Source: Eledone cirrhosa
Lineage: Eukaryota
Assembly: GCA_964016885.1 (NCBI GenBank)
Contig: OZ024743.1
Location: 31,000,001 to 31,064,000, forward strand
Reading direction: 5' to 3'
DNA: 64,000 bases
Numbering within the stretch: position 1 is the stretch's first letter; every line of letters starts with the position of its first letter. The notes under the pieces were generated by a model, which was not told the origin of the DNA, did not search any database, and saw only the letters and a list, made by a program, of their open reading frames with translations. Both the position numbers and the translations under genes were made by a program. This document shows, piece after piece, positions 40,757-56,500 of this stretch.

Positions 40757-43010
40757 TTAGGGAGAAGTCTTTAGACGGGGTCCGTATTTGTTAATGAAGT
40801 AAGATTCCTTGCTGATGCGCAGGGTGTGGGTGGCATTATCTTCAAATTTGTAGAGGGCAAAGATTCTGAAGTTGGGATGATTTTGGGCGGCACAGGTATC
40901 AATGTGTTCACTCAGTCGTATTTTCCTGTATTCCCGTATTTTGATTTGGGATCTATGGACAGTCATGCGTTGGCGGAGGCTGTCTTTGGTCTGGCCTATG
41001 TATTGTTCTCGACAACCTGAACAAGTTAATACATATATTAGATTTTCCGATGCACATGTGTAATTGTGTTTTACTATAAAACGTTGTCCATCTTTGAAAT
41101 AGAATTCCGAACCCTCTATTAGGTTGATGCAAATGCCACAGTTGGGTCTATCGCATTTTTTTACTGTGGGTTTCGTTCTTGTGGTTGGCAGTATTTTGGC
41201 ATGTGTTAAGATGTTTTTCATTGACTTGGATTGTCTTTTGCTCTTTATGATATCGTGTGTTCGTAGAATTTGGTTCAATCTATGGTCCTTTTTCAATACA
41301 GGGATGTTTTGGAGGATGGTATCAAAGGCCTCATTGTTGAGGGGTTGTGTGTGGAGATGTATGGAAGAGCTTTTAGTTTTGGTTGATTTACTTTAGGGTG
41401 TCTAAGGTCCTGGGTACTGAGTTTTAGGGCACGTTGGATTCCATTGTCAATTAGTGATGCAGGGTAGTCCCTGCCTATGAGTGTGTCCTTTAGTTCTTGT
41501 AGCCGTAAGTAGCAGATGTTTTTATTGGAGACTATAGTACAGATTCTCTTGGCTAAGTTGTAGGGAATATTAATTTTAACGTGTCTAGGTTGGCAAGAGT
41601 TGAAGGGGAGATATTGCTTGGAGTCTGTGGGCTTGTAGTATATGTCTGTTTCTATTTTTTTGTTATGGATCTTAATGAGGATGTCGAGGAAGGGGAGTTG
41701 TTGATGGCTGTATTCCATCGTGAAGATTATATTTGTGTTGAGCCCATTTATAAGGGCGTGAAATTCTTTAAGTTTTTCGATGTTTTCGTGCCAAAGGATG
41801 AAGCAGTCATCTAGATATCGCTTCCAGTTCCTTTCAATGTGTAAGTGGAGGGTGTTTCCAAATTTGTTTAGGACTTTAGTGTAGAGGGTAATTTCCAGGT
41901 ATCCCATGAATAGGTTCGCATAAGTGGGGGCTGTTTTCGTTCCCATAGCGGTCCCAGATTTCTGCCTGTAGGGTTTGTTATTGAAAACGAAGTAATTGTT
42001 CTCCAAGATAAATTTGAGTCCCTCTATCACGAATTCTTTTTTGATGCGTTGTGGGAGTTCATTGTGGAAATTATCCAGCCAGAATTGGATAGCTTCTATT
42101 CCTAGGTTGTGGGGGATGTTGGAGTATAGGTTGACTACATCGAACGTCACTAGTAGGGTTTGTTCAGAAAGTGGCATATTAGGGAGGTGATTGAGCATAT
42201 CTAGGTCGTCCCTTATATAGCTTTTGATGTGCTTGAGGAAGGGTTTGAGAAGGGTATCAATGAAGTTGCTAAGACGGTGCGTTTCGCAAGCGGAGCCTGC
42301 TATTATAGGTCTTAATTTGAAATCATTGGGTGAGGGGACATTGATATCTATGTCTGTGGCTTCCTTGCATGCCTTACTTATTGATCCGCTTTTACGTACT
42401 TTAGGGATACCGTAGAAAAGGCTGGATTTACTTGTGAAGTCTGTGATGAAGCTGAATTCCTTGTTAGTGAGTCCTTCTTTGTATTGGTTGATTAGAGTTT
42501 TTAGGTTTCTCATAATTTTCTGTTGATTGTAGTGTTCAGCCTTTTTGTAGTATGTTTCGTTTTCCAAAGCTGAGACCGCTAAGTTGATATAGAATACTGT
42601 CTCCTTTAGGACTACTGTACCCCCTTTATCAGCCTCTTTAATTGTAATGGTTCTGTCGGTTTTTAATCTATTTAATTCTTCCCATTCTTTCTTGTTGAGG
42701 TTAGGCTTGTGTTTTTGTCTGTGCAAGTGTTGGTAAGAGAAGTTTGTGATGTGTTCACAGAATTCGTCCAGGATTTTATTTCTACCTTTTGAAGGTGTGT
42801 AATTGCTTCTATTTCTGGCTAACGATTCATCCTCATTGTACTGGTCGAATAGTTGTTCACTAAGTCGTAACTTTCTACAGAAGTCTGTGATGTCTTCCTT
42901 CATTTCATAGTAGTTAGGACGTAGTGGGGTCGGTGTGAATTTAAGACCTTTGGAGAGTAAGTTGATAAGGTTGGGTGTTGGTTCTGCACTAGTAAGATTG
43001 ATAATTTTTA
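40757..43010 (-). pseudogene. PLE reverse transcriptase + GIY-YIG endonuclease, one frameshift near 41340
   Basis: Motifs LLSKGLKFTPTP, ADKGGTVV, LRPII, FDVVNLYSNIP, GTAMGTKTAPTYANLFM, RYLDDCF and TDIYYKPTD. Then CDRPNCGIC and LIYVLTCSGCREQYIGQT..RQRMTVH (Neptune-type Cys linker + GIY-YIG). Confidence 0.93.
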
Positions 43011-43384
43011 TTACTATCGGTTTCTCCTCCCTGTCTTGTGTTATTTTGTTTGCCTGTATCTGTGTGCTGTGTCTAAAAAATGGTTGGGGTAGAGGGGTTG
43101 TCTGCTGATGTTAAGTGGTCTCCTGTGTTTGTTATATTCCTTGTTGTTGTAAAATGTGGTTCGGGTTGGTGGTTGTAGATTGAATGGGGTGTTCCTGTAC
43201 TGCGAGTATGGGTGTGTGTTTCTATGTGCCATGTTGTATTGTGGTGTTATAAGTGGCCTACGTTGTTGGTTGTATCGTGTTGTGTGGGTCTGTTGTGTAT
43301 TGTGGAAGCGAGAGTTGAGAAAATAGTCCTAATTAAACCATTTTTCAACTGTGAACAATTTGTCAGCATTTTCTATTCCGTTTA

Positions 43385-43447
<63 letters not shown>

Positions 43448-43594
43448 ATTAGAATACTGGAGCGTGTTTGAGTCAAACACCCTCTTCGTATTATAGAAAT
43501 GACAGTAAAAGGTATAGCTCAATGCAGTTAAACAGAGCCGAAAAATTAAGAGAGTAAAACAAAGAATCCTTTAATGCATCAAAAGCTTTTATTA

Positions 43595-43632
43595 GCCGAC
43601 AATGTTTCGTCCTATTCAGGACTCATCAGGGC
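43595..43632 (-). ncRNA. Canonical-core minimal hammerhead ribozyme
   Basis: Minus strand reads GCC-CTGATGA-GTCC-tgaata-GGAC-GAAAC-ATT-GTC-GGC (GUC site). Confidence 0.9.
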
Positions 43633-45471
43633 AATCAAAACAACAAGAGGTAATTTCGGCAGATACAAGCCAGAAACTCTGAAGAATATGGAATTTACAT
43701 ACACTAATGTCTTACAAAGATATACGATAATAAAAATGAAGATAAAAATAATAAAATTATAATAACTAAGGATGTAGATAACATTAAGAACCATATTACA
43801 AATATAGTCCAAAGTCACCAACTTAAATCTAAACAAATTTGGTTATATAGAGCAGGAATTATATATAACACAGTATAATACATTATAATAATAATATATC
43901 TATACCAACACTGAAATTCCAAATCAAAAATCAAAAGGTACAATATATACATGTATATATGTGCGCACACACACACACATATTACAATACACATATCTAT
44001 TTTCCATTACACAGAAATTAAGCCCTATTGGAAGTTTGAACATCAAAAATATCAAAAATAAGCATGGTAATAGTGAAAATAATGCTAATACATCTACCCA
44101 ATATACATGAGGCAATAATTACAAGAAACACTTATAATAAATAATAAACAACAAAATTATATAATACAATACAATATAATAAAGTAGAATATATATAATC
44201 TCCGGTTAATTTACAGAAACAATATAGATGTCACAGTGAAATACAATGATAAATTGTTAACATTATATTAACAATTACCATAAACAATATGTACGACATG
44301 ATTCATACTGGGTTACATAATAAATGGGGAAATATCAATCATATAATATAATACAATAATACTCAAAAAAACTACATTGGTACAGGGAACAATTATGATG
44401 TTACAGGAAAAACATGTTGTTACAGAAAAAATATAGACATCTAACATGATATGTAAAGTCTAAATACCATAATGTTACATATTACAATATTAAAATATTA
44501 AAATATTAAAAAAATATAAAGTTTAACTATCTTAATGTTATATATAATAAACGGTAAGTAATAAGGATCTATATCATAATGTAATATATTTTAAAAATTG
44601 GCATATAATATATAAATAAATACTTATAATTTCGAGGTTAGTAGACAGACATGTGTGGATGAGTGAACGAAGCCAGACAGTGAGTAGTAAATAAAACAGG
44701 TAAATACAATCAACCGGAAATTACAAAACAAAGCAAATGTATACACACTTAGGCCTCGCGTGCATTAAGAAATTTGGTAAACACCAAGGAAAACGATCAT
44801 TTTAAATGACTCCAAACCCTATCTGATAAATTAATATTAAAAATATCAAACCCGTCCGATAAGGTAGTATAAAATTAGCTATAGTCTAAGTCATTAAAGT
44901 ATATAAACTTTATTGTATCGTTACAAATGTTTACAAAAAGGAATAAAATTACACTATCATACACGCAACGATATCTAAAAAACTGACTTAAGTAGAGTTA
45001 AGGTAGGCTAATGGGGACAGAATTGACAAAATATATGGAGGGTGCGAAGTGGCATAAAATATATTCGATATACTATAAAAAATAATAGAACAGAGCATAA
45101 AAGAGGGGGGGTTAATATAATCATATTCAATCTAGAGGGGTTGACAATAAGTTTATGCGTGCATGGGGGGGGGGTGTTCGATAGATAAATCAGAATAGAC
45201 TTAGAAATAAAAATATAAATAGAATTAAAAATAAAAATAAAAATAATGTTAAAATTAAAAATTAAAGTTAATGATAATAAAAGAATATATAAAGATAATA
45301 ACGTGTGTAATCTTATGTATACTAACAAGGTGTAATAGTGAAGACATAGATATGGTACAGTGGCCAAATGATTATGAGAGCTAGAATGAAGAGTCATCAA
45401 AAACCAATGGTAACAATAGTGTTGGCAAACAAAAGAACCCTAACAAAAAACTAAGTAATGGAATATATCTG

Positions 45472-46045
45472 CTAATGGGTACGATTTGTACTACTAGAAC
45501 ATTTGGGTTTATAATAAAAGTAAGAATTAGAAATTGCATGGGGGCAAGAAGAGAATATCTCAGACTTTCTATTCAGTAAGGGTACGCTACAGAAAATAAT
45601 AGAGTGTGTCTCAAGTATACAGAGATTACAAAACTTACTATGTGCAGAAAGGTGGTTAGATCGTGCTACTAAACTCCAGTTAAGGCTATATGGTATACAA
45701 GCTCCCTTAAGATCCCAGTTATAATGCGCTAGAGAGGTAGAATTCTTAAACCTAATATGTTTGAAGTTAGAGATATGAGAGTTAAACCTAGTCTTAAAAG
45801 TGTCTGAAGTAGATCCTATATATGTTCCTTTAGAGGAATTAGTTATAACCTCGCAAGCATAGACAATGTTCTTAGAAAGGCAGTTACCGTTTAGAGGGCA
45901 GTTAGCACTCACTCTACAATTGCACTTCCGGGTGTTATTGGTTGGCTCGAGTGGTGATGTATTGCACTTAGGACCTCTATTAGATAAGGACTGTTCTGGT
46001 GGTAAAGCATTGTCCGATGCATTCAGACTATTAGTCTGCAGAGAG
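45472..46045 (-). pseudogene. Naiad-type GIY-YIG endonuclease domain fragment
   Basis: KCNCRVSANCPLNGNCL..IVYACEV..YIGSTSDTFKTRFNSH..CNLCILE..LLNRKSEIFSSCPH. The N-terminus of the track ORF is microsatellite read-through. Confidence 0.85.
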
Positions 46046-46074
46046 GAGAATCCATACATATATATATATATATA

Positions 46075-47600
46075 TATATGTATACAGACGTAAAGTAGTA
46101 TGTGTATACATACATGCACACACATATATATATGTACGTATTGGTTTATCGAACATTTATTATAATGTTCGGTTTGTTTGCAAAAAAACAGCCCGAATTA
46201 AGACGTACCGTGTTCGGCAACGATCGTTGCCCTTTTGTTCAACACTGACAAAGGAACGATGAACTAGTTTCTAGCTGTTTAGCTGTCATCACCACCGTAT
46301 ACCTTACTGGCAATCGATTGAACGTTTGAAAGTATATACGTTTCTTATTCATATTAACGGCTAAGCAGCCTAATTTGCATATCGAGTGAGTTAGTCGGCC
46401 GGACGTACCGAAAACGATAAATGGAAATAATGAAATTTCATTTCTCACTCTTAGTACGGCTGATACTTGAATATAAGTATGTATACATACATATATGTAT
46501 ACTGTCGTACTGTAGTATGTATATACATACATACATACATGGTGGCTGCCAACTCGTTTTCGAGTACGGCCACTACTTTATATCCATGTAGGAGAACCCC
46601 CACCAATGCGCTGAACGAGTGCGACTTTTTAGTCCAGCCAGCGACTTGAAAACTCTGGTACAAACACTACACCTGTGATAATTATTGACACATAGTGCAG
46701 GGCCCATGGTACCATGTGACGACAAGTGCAGAGAGATCAGAGATCTCCAGATATAAAGCAATGCCTGTGCCGTGAAGCTTTTATAGTGAGCAAAGGCACT
46801 GCACAAAGCCAGTCCCACTCTCTTAACCAAGATAATATTTACCAAAAAGAAGAACAAGTCAACATCATTGGATACCATCAGGGTTGCAGGTGTTATATCA
46901 GAGTTTTCCTTCTCCTAGAATTCTGCCTTGACAAAGGCTAAGGAGTCATCTCTCCCAGTTATTTGGGATGGCCATTGACTCTAAAGAGCTCCTTTAACCT
47001 TTTGACAGGTTTTGTTTTTAGTCCTGCAGGATGTCCAAAGTCACCCTCCTCACCAAGAAACCTTGGTGGGGTTGCCAGTTTAGTCGCCAACGACCCGACC
47101 ATGGGACAGGTTGTACTGGGATACATTTTACCAGTAGCACCAACTGGTGACCTGACACACATACATACATACATGCACACATATATATATATGTACGTAT
47201 GGGTTTACCGAACATTTATTATAAAGTTCTGTTTTTTTGTAAACAAACAGCCCGAATCAAGCCGTACAGTGCTCAGCAACCATCGTTTCCCTTTGGTTCA
47301 ACACTGAAAAAGGAACGATGAACAAGTTTCTAGCTTCTTAGCTGTCATCAGCATTGTATACCTTCCTGTCAATCGATTGAACGTTTCAAAGTATATACTT
47401 TCCTTATGCATATTAACGTCTGAGCAGCCGAATTTGCATATCGAGTGAGTTAGTCGGCCGGGCGTACCGAAAACGATAAATGGAAAAAATGAAAATTCAT
47501 TTCTCACTCTTAGTACAGCTGATACTTAAATATAAGTATGTATACGTACATAGATATAGGTATACAGACGTACAGTATTCTGTATATACATACATACATG

Positions 47601-47610
<10 letters not shown>
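46075..47610 (-). mobile_element. Family D array (diverged subfamily), interrupted by an RTE-derived element
   Basis: Units at ~46075-46540 and ~47159-47610, with HHR variants at ~46256-46298 and ~47315-47357 on -. Confidence 0.82.
46540..47158 (-). mobile_element. Bipartite RTE-derived element, second copy
   Basis: Near-identical reverse complement of 18856-19466, flanked by acatacatacatacat on both sides (46525-46540 and 47159-47174). Confidence 0.8.
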
Positions 47611-47654
<44 letters not shown>

Positions 47655-47694
47655 TTCATATATATATATATATATATGTGAGTGTGTGTGTGTG

Positions 47695-47777
<83 letters not shown>

Positions 47778-50700
47778 GTGTGTGTGTGTGTGTGTAAATA
47801 GAGATAGTCGATAGTTAAATACATATTCATATGTTTACGTCTTCTTTTAGAATCCAACCTATTTTATTGCATACATTTCATAAAATATGAAAAAAACATG
47901 ATAGTAATTATCTGTCGGGACATGTCTATAAACAGGATGTACTCATCTATTTATTCCCATATTCATATATTTATTGTATGAAACATTATAATATGCTGTC
48001 AATGTTTATTTAAAGAAATATATGTAACACATTAAATAATATTAAATAAGATGATCTGCATCATTTTGAATAACTATTTCACTATAATCTAAATCTATAT
48101 ATCGTTATTATTTCCAATTAATTGTCCGTGCTCCAATGACTTATACATAAGTGTGATAGTTGTGGCATTTAATGCCAAACGGCGTCTGAGAAATAAACAT
48201 TTTCAGACACACATTACTTTTAATATCCCGAAAATAATGAAAATAATGTGTGTACATTTTATTTTCATACGATCACTTAATATATTTATCCTGATAAGTA
48301 GTTCTATATATGAAATTAAATCCAATATTTAAATGTAAATGGAAGAAAAAGTAGTTACCAATTATGATTCGTTTATTATTAGTCATTTATATTTTCTATC
48401 AAACAAGACATTTATCTAAATCTTGGCACATCTACTGTCAATGCATGGCTTTTGCATTATTCTGTTCAGTTGAACTCCATTATCGCTATATTGATATTCA
48501 ATATATTTTTTTCATGACTTGGGGGAAAATGACTGTTATATTTTAAAATGTGCAATTATTATATATTTAAAACACGGTCATATGAATATGGATAGGTCTA
48601 AACGCTTTTTAATATTCTTTCTTTGTTTTGTATTTGTGCAACTCTACCAAATTAGATGTGCGATACCACCAATGAAACCAAACTCAATATGTAAATGACT
48701 CATAATATTGATTCGAAAAGATAAAATGACGAAGACACTATCGTTTTGACACCCACAAGAAAGAATATATTTAATAGGCACCTCTTATTTTTAGCATGAT
48801 GTCACTTCTCTTACCTCAAGATATGTGTTAAAAATCTAATTGGTATGTTCCATAATGGTAATGAACTCCGATTTGAGTCAGATGTAGAAGGAAAAGGGTT
48901 TCCTATTAGATAAAACGTTCGACTACAGTAGGTATCTGAAAATTATATATATTAGCAATAATGAGCTAAATCCGGTAATTCGATATGTAAGTTCCTGCCT
49001 GGATATTGATATAACATATAAGGTGGATTTGATCTTGCATTTTATCGCTAAATACGTGTTTCCCTGGACTTCATTGCACATTGATAGCTTAAGCTTTCTC
49101 TTATAGTTAAAATATACGTTGTATAATAATCCTTGTTTTTACAGTCATATAGCAAGTGTAAAATGTCCCTCTCCTAAATAAATGAGAAGAAATATACGTC
49201 GTATTTTAAAAATACCAAGTATATTTGCGAAATTATATTTCCATTTTTTTTATCGGTAGCCTCATCTCTGTTAAACAAGAAAAACAACGACTAAAAAACA
49301 TGTTTTTGTTTTGGTAAAATTATAATCATGTGCTCTTGACGTTTCAACACACTAAACATATTTTCCGCATGTTCTTTTATTTCGACGTACTATAAATTAC
49401 AATTGGTATTATTACACACCTCAGCGACATTTTAACAATGCTACAATTATTAACAGTATCATTTATATTATCAATATCTGCATTTGAATCCGGGCACCAA
49501 CGTAATTGGCCTTAACACTAACAATGCCATCGTTGCTCTTACCATAGCTATGAACAAACCTCAATGACTGCGTAACGTAAGTCTACCCCTCGCATTTAAT
49601 TATTCCACTGAGCGTATCTTTTACCCATATTGTTGGTTTCAAAAAAACATTCCAACTACGGGATTATAGCAGTGGTTTGAATTAAATAACCATGCAGAGA
49701 AGAAACTGGATATGCTGGAATGTCTGTTAATTTCAAGAATGTGATTTTATCACTGTTAGAAGACCGGCTAATCTAAATGAGGTTCACTGAACATAAACAT
49801 CATGGGTATAGTTGAACCAAGAGTTACATATTTTAGAGTAGATACAGTAAGTTAAATGGATATTACTAAACCATGAGATTATAATATATCGACTCCAACA
49901 ATATTTGAAATTGGAATGGAGAATGACAGAATAATTACTGTAATTGCTGTGACGCAGCATTCAATTCTGCTGAAATAATTAGGAAATAGTAAGCACAGAA
50001 AAACAACGCATATTAAATCACTTATGTACTACCAATTGTATGCAATCAAAATTATAAACTTAATTATATTGAGTTGAAATTAATTGTTAGAATTTTCATC
50101 ATCAAGACGCGTAACATTTCTAAAGATTACGTGTTATTCAGCCAATGTATGCTAATTGTGAGGTAATTAACATATTTTGATTTATCGACATTTTATTTGT
50201 TTGCAACATATTTATGAACGGATACCTGGTGATGGATTTGAATCGACTCTCAGTAAATATATTTTGAGAAGTTGCATTATAATTTAATTTATTCTTTGCC
50301 AATTAAATATTCGACATCATTTATCCTGTTTAGAAATCATACAATGTTTATATCAGAATAGTTATGCAGAGTAACATGTTTGACGCATTTCACTTAAAAC
50401 AACTATAGAGATACGGAACCCGTTATGAAATTGCGTAGTTATACTTGATAAGAAAACTGCAAATATGTGTCAAAGTTGTATTAGATCTTTAGTAGCACAA
50501 GAAGTATGAGTGCACATCAGAAATAAATAGCGGTTTAAAATACAGAAATCGTTTGTATTGAGTATGACGCATATTTAAATGATGCCATATTTTCTGTAAC
50601 AAATCACAAGGTACCATATGGCTGGATTTGAATGGTAGACACTATTGTTTCTAATATGGTCACGAATCAAGCAGGTTGTAGATTGGGAACGTTCGATTTA

Positions 50701-50940
50701 AATAACCCCAATAATTAAATAATTGAGGCCTATCTATTTTATGTATGTTCCGCTAACATGTAAAGCAACGATTGTTGTACGGATATTATTCTCATAATAA
50801 CAGAGTTTTAAACAAATCCGCAAGTAAAAGACAAAATAACCTCGGTGTTATAGACCAGATCGTTCACATAAAAACATGGTTACATCAAGTGTGACTTAAA
50901 TGCTTATATATATTTAAATAAAGAAGCAATGGAAATATCG

Positions 50941-52230
50941 TTCTTCTTCTCCTTCTTCTTCTTCTTCTTCTTGGGCACGTCGTTGGGGATAGTGTACTCA
51001 AGTCCATCTTGTAATGGGTCATGTCAGATTTAGTCTCGAATCCCCAAACGAAACCAGCCAGGCTCATGGTGGATATCGAACCATCTCACTCGATGTCTAC
51101 CTTTGAGTGTCCTGTCGACTGGTGTTGCCCATATAATCTCTGCAGCGATTCTTTCCTGATATTTTCAAATCACATATTTGTATTGTCGGAGATGTAATGC
51201 CTGAATTCGGAGAGGTAGTGGCTTTTCCTGGAGTAAGACTTATTACATCTAACGCTGCAGTGATTTCATGGAGGAAGGATCAATATTCGAGCTGTCTGTT
51301 TGACGCATAAGCTTGCAATATACAGAGACCTTTCTTTCAGCCTATTATCCAACAGGCAAATGGTCCTTCCCGGTGGCATCCATTTCAAAACACATTGTGA
51401 CAGCTGGGAGCATTTGGATATCCCACTCCCAACTGTGCACTCAATCTGACACACCATGACAATAGTGGAGTTGACACCATCCATCTAAATCTAGTGTAAT
51501 ACGCTCGGGAAACCTTATTGAGGAAGCCCTGCGTATATCTATCCCGTAAAATGTGAACTACTCTACTAGTTTCTGCTCTATTCCTGTAAGTTTTGAAATA
51601 TTCACTTAACCAAATATCAAGGGTTTTCCCCCATCTGAATTTCCTGTGTCTCGGATTAGGTATATTTGTCTTTCCATCAACACATGAAGGAATGGTAGCA
51701 CGCCCTTCGCAATAATTTGGAATTTTGGGTGGAGACTGCAATACATGTTTCGACAAGCTACTTCTACCTAAGGCTTGAATGTATCCATTGTTATTCAGGC
51801 GAGGGCGGTGAATTATGGATGTCTCTACTGTTTCCACTCATACCGCAATGTTTTTCTGGTCTCATTCACGCTAGTCACCAATTTGGTACTTTTCTCAAAC
51901 CCACAATTACTATGCGTTTTAAGGTTGACAATTATTTGCCTCGTCGTAGTTTTCAGAGTTTTCTTGGGAGCTAACACTCTCACCTATTGATCTACCTCCC
52001 CTTATAGTTTGCCGCTGCTTCTTCGGGTCTCCTTATTCTTTGGATTTCGTTATTCGTCCTGCATATGCAACGTTCTATAATATCTGGTGATTGTATTATC
52101 CTCCAACACCTACGGCGGATTCTCTAGCAGATCAACTCTGCTGAGAAATACCAACAAATGATTATTAAGTTCAAATGTATATCCCAACCCTAAGGTCTCC
52201 CTACGTCGGTGTTTACCGCAGTTTCACTGG
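50941..52230 (-). mobile_element. Highly decayed non-LTR retrotransposon remnant, possibly HERO-like
   Basis: Higher-GC island ending in an (AAG)n tract on -. Weak remnants AYYTRF...SWCQIE and ARIL..FLHEIT recall RLE-type LINE RT regions. Recognition is from memory and weak. Confidence 0.35.
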
Positions 52231-52574
52231 TATATATTAACTGTAAGTAAAATTATCTCTCAAAACATAACGCTCCCCGTCGAAATTTGAAACCACGGCT
52301 GCTTTCGAATATTCTAGCAGAATGGCCCGGCGTTGCTCGGGATTTGCTCTAGGCTCTTATATATTTGGTATATATTTATCCTTGTAGAGCCTCGTGAAAT
52401 AAATACGTTTGCTTATATTTTATTATTGTCAATGCAAAAATATCTGTACATGAATATATATATATATATATGACAGTCGATTGAATTTCGTCAATTCGGA
52501 CCGAGGAAACAATGTTTCCATCGGTCTTTCTAATTGCTAATACTATCTGTCGGTCGCAACCCCAGGTAGAAGGA

Positions 52575-52682
52575 ACAACGTGAAATAAAGTGTCTTGCCC
52601 AAGGACATAACGCATCGCCCGGTCCAGGAATCGAACTCACAACCTGACGATTGAGAGTTCAATTCTCTTACCATTCAGCCAC
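52575..52682 (-). mobile_element. tRNA-SINE head, second family (related copy ~57383-57600 +)
   Basis: Minus strand A box tggctgaatgg, B box gagttcgattcc, then tgtccttgggcaagacacttt. Confidence 0.75.
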
Positions 52683-53990
<1,308 letters not shown>

Positions 53991-53992
<2 letters not shown>

Positions 53993-54805
53993 GAATACAT
54001 TTAGTCCTTCATCAGTGATCTGCCAACCTTCATTGGTATTTCATCACTTTAAAGACCATATACCTCCGGTTGGTGCGAGGCGCGGCTAAAGAAAGTCGTT
54101 GGGACACGTAATTAAGGGGAACGAGCGAGCGAGACTGTAAACAATTAAAGATGGTAATGCAACGAAAAGTGAGGAAGAAGGAGTCAAGTCCCTGAAATCG
54201 ATGAACATAAGTTCTGTGAAATCGTTAACGAGAGAGAATAAAGACCATCAAACCTGGTCGAAATTGAGCAAGGAAAGAATTTAGCACAGGTCAAACGGGA
54301 GGAAGAAGGAGTCAAGTCCATGAAATCGGTGAACATAAGTTCTGTGAAACCGTAGACGAGAGAGAATAAAGAGCAACCGACCTGGTCAAAGTGTGCGTGA
54401 AGAAAGAATTTCGCACAGGTCAAACGGTAGGAAGTAGGAGAGAGTGTAGCAGAGAGTGAGTGACTGAAAGGTGAGGAAGAGGCTAACAGAGAGAGTGACT
54501 GTTAGAGGGGTAAAGATGAGAGGAAGCAGTAAGAAAGAAGCAGACGGCTCACAGCGGAGAAAAATAAATATATATGAATATGAAAACATGGCGTGCTGCG
54601 TGGTTGCAAATGGGTTACATATGAATAAATTTAGTCCTTCATCGGTGATCTGCCAATCTTCATTGGTATTTCATCGCTTTAAAGACCATATACCTCCGGT
54701 TGGTGCGAGCAACAGCTAAATAAAGTCGTTGGGACACGTAAATAAGGGGAACAAGCGAGACTGTAAGCAATCAAAGATGGTAATGCAACGAAAAGTGAGG
54801 AAGAA
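53991..54805. repeat. TA-flanked element with ~185-bp direct terminal repeats and an internal two-copy ~127-bp repeat
   Basis: 53991-54178 resembles 54620-54805; 54172-54298 resembles 54299-54430. Confidence 0.75.
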
Positions 54806-55479
54806 ATATATATATATATTAAAATAACAGATTTAAGTTTAAGCAAATAATCGCTGATTTTACCCTTAACGGGATCTTCGGAAACTAAAAAGCTCAATCT
54901 GTGAACGCAGAAAATGAATCGCTGCTTTCACCCTTAACGGGATCTTCTACCTAAAAGCAGTATGAAGTACACTAAGACTAACTGATGTAAACATTGGCCT
55001 TGTTTGTTTATATTTTGTTTTTGTGTATGCAAAAATATCTGTACATGAATATCTATATTAAAACAACATATTACAGTTTAAGCAAAGAGTCGCTGCTTTC
55101 ACGCTTAACGGGATCTTCTACCTAAAAGCAATATGAAGTACACTAAGCCTAACCGAAGTTATCGTTGGCCTTGTTTGTTTATATTTTGTTTTTGTGTATG
55201 CAAAAATATCTGTCAGTGATGCATGTGATTATGTAATCGCCAGCCTTGATTGTTTATATTTTGTTTTTGTGTATGCAAAGATATCTGTACACGAATATCT
55301 ATATTAACATAATATATTAAAGTTTAAGAAAAGAATCGCTGCTTTCAACATTAACGGGATCTTCTGAAATTAAAAAAATCAATCTGTGAACGCAGATGTA
55401 AATATTTCGAAAAACGTTGCAGCCTAAGGAAAACAAGAAAGACGATACTTTGGTCTGTGAAGACGTTCCCTGTATAAGA

Positions 55480-55521
<42 letters not shown>

Positions 55522-55569
55522 GCTATATATACATATATACACACGCTATATATACATATATACACACAC

Positions 55570-55876
55570 ACTGATCGCGTCATAATGACGTAATGCAGAC
55601 AGTCAGGCATACATATAGATATTATAAGGGCGCGACGTAATATCTATGTATCTATCTAATCAGAGAAAGACTAAGAGAGCGCGAAAGCGATCGCTAAATC
55701 GCCTAATGCGGTCCCTAGGGCATTGAAAATTAGAATTTTATTTTGCTCAGAACACTCAATAGGACCATAAGTATTACATGTGTCATGTTTGAAAACAACC
55801 GGCTGGGTGGTTCTCGAGTGATAGTGATTGAACAGACAGACAGACAAACAAACATTCTCTGTTTTAGTAATATAGT
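55570..55876 (-). mobile_element. Probable non-autonomous Helitron 5' portion
   Basis: The minus strand begins ctatattactaaaacagagaatgtttgtttgtctgtctgtctg, the layout typical of small microsatellite-bearing Helitron derivatives. No 3' end was identified. Confidence 0.45.
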
Positions 55877-56316
55877 GAAGGACCTATAAAGTAATGGAAT
55901 TAAAACTAACAGTATCGTTACCTTCTTTAACCTTTACCACCCAATTCACACTGCAATAGCTTTGAAATAAAACACTATGTTCTATACTTTATACCTTACT
56001 CTCTTACATATATATATTCATATCTTAATGATTTATCGAAATTTAGGTCATGCAGTTCTCTCTAACTTAGATACATATCCGTAACAAAGACAAATATGGT
56101 AACCTGATGGGAATTATTCAATGTTTTCAGCTAAATAGTTCGTTTTGAATTGACTGATTAATATACAATATTAATGTCTTTATTCGTTGTATACTTAATG
56201 AGTTGTGCGTTGTTTGAAGTAACGTTCTTGCAATAACTGTTAGGAAATATCACCTGTTTCCTTACATTGTGGCTACTTTTAGTCCTTACCATCTGTAGAT
56301 GTCACTATGTAATTAT

Positions 56317-56500
56317 TGATTCTACTTGTGGCACAAGGCCAGTAATTACTCAGTGCATTACTGGTACTTTAATTTATCGACCCCGTAAGGATGAAAGGCA
56401 AAGTTAAACTCGGAGAGATTTGAACTCAGAATGGCAAGGGCCGTAACTCTATGCGTCAAAGCATGGCGTCCGGCTCTCTACCATACTGCCAATCCACCTC
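56317..56500 (-). mobile_element. Full-length tRNA-SINE with TSD
   Basis: Same family as 62611-62794; actatgtaattat is duplicated at 56304-56316 and 56501-56513. Confidence 0.9.

Larger units (their letters stand above)
43445..46045 (-). mobile_element. 5'-truncated Naiad-type PLE with ~2-kb 3' UTR
   Basis: GIY-YIG remnant at 45472-46045 and an HHR at 43595-43632; the 3' end abuts (TA)n. Confidence 0.82.

Noticed and set aside
47800-50900. Host exons in the unique AT-rich blocks (also 19750-21900, 30400-32640, 55900-57380)
   Set aside because: No recognisable protein similarity or convincing exon. Small exons cannot be excluded without RNA-seq.
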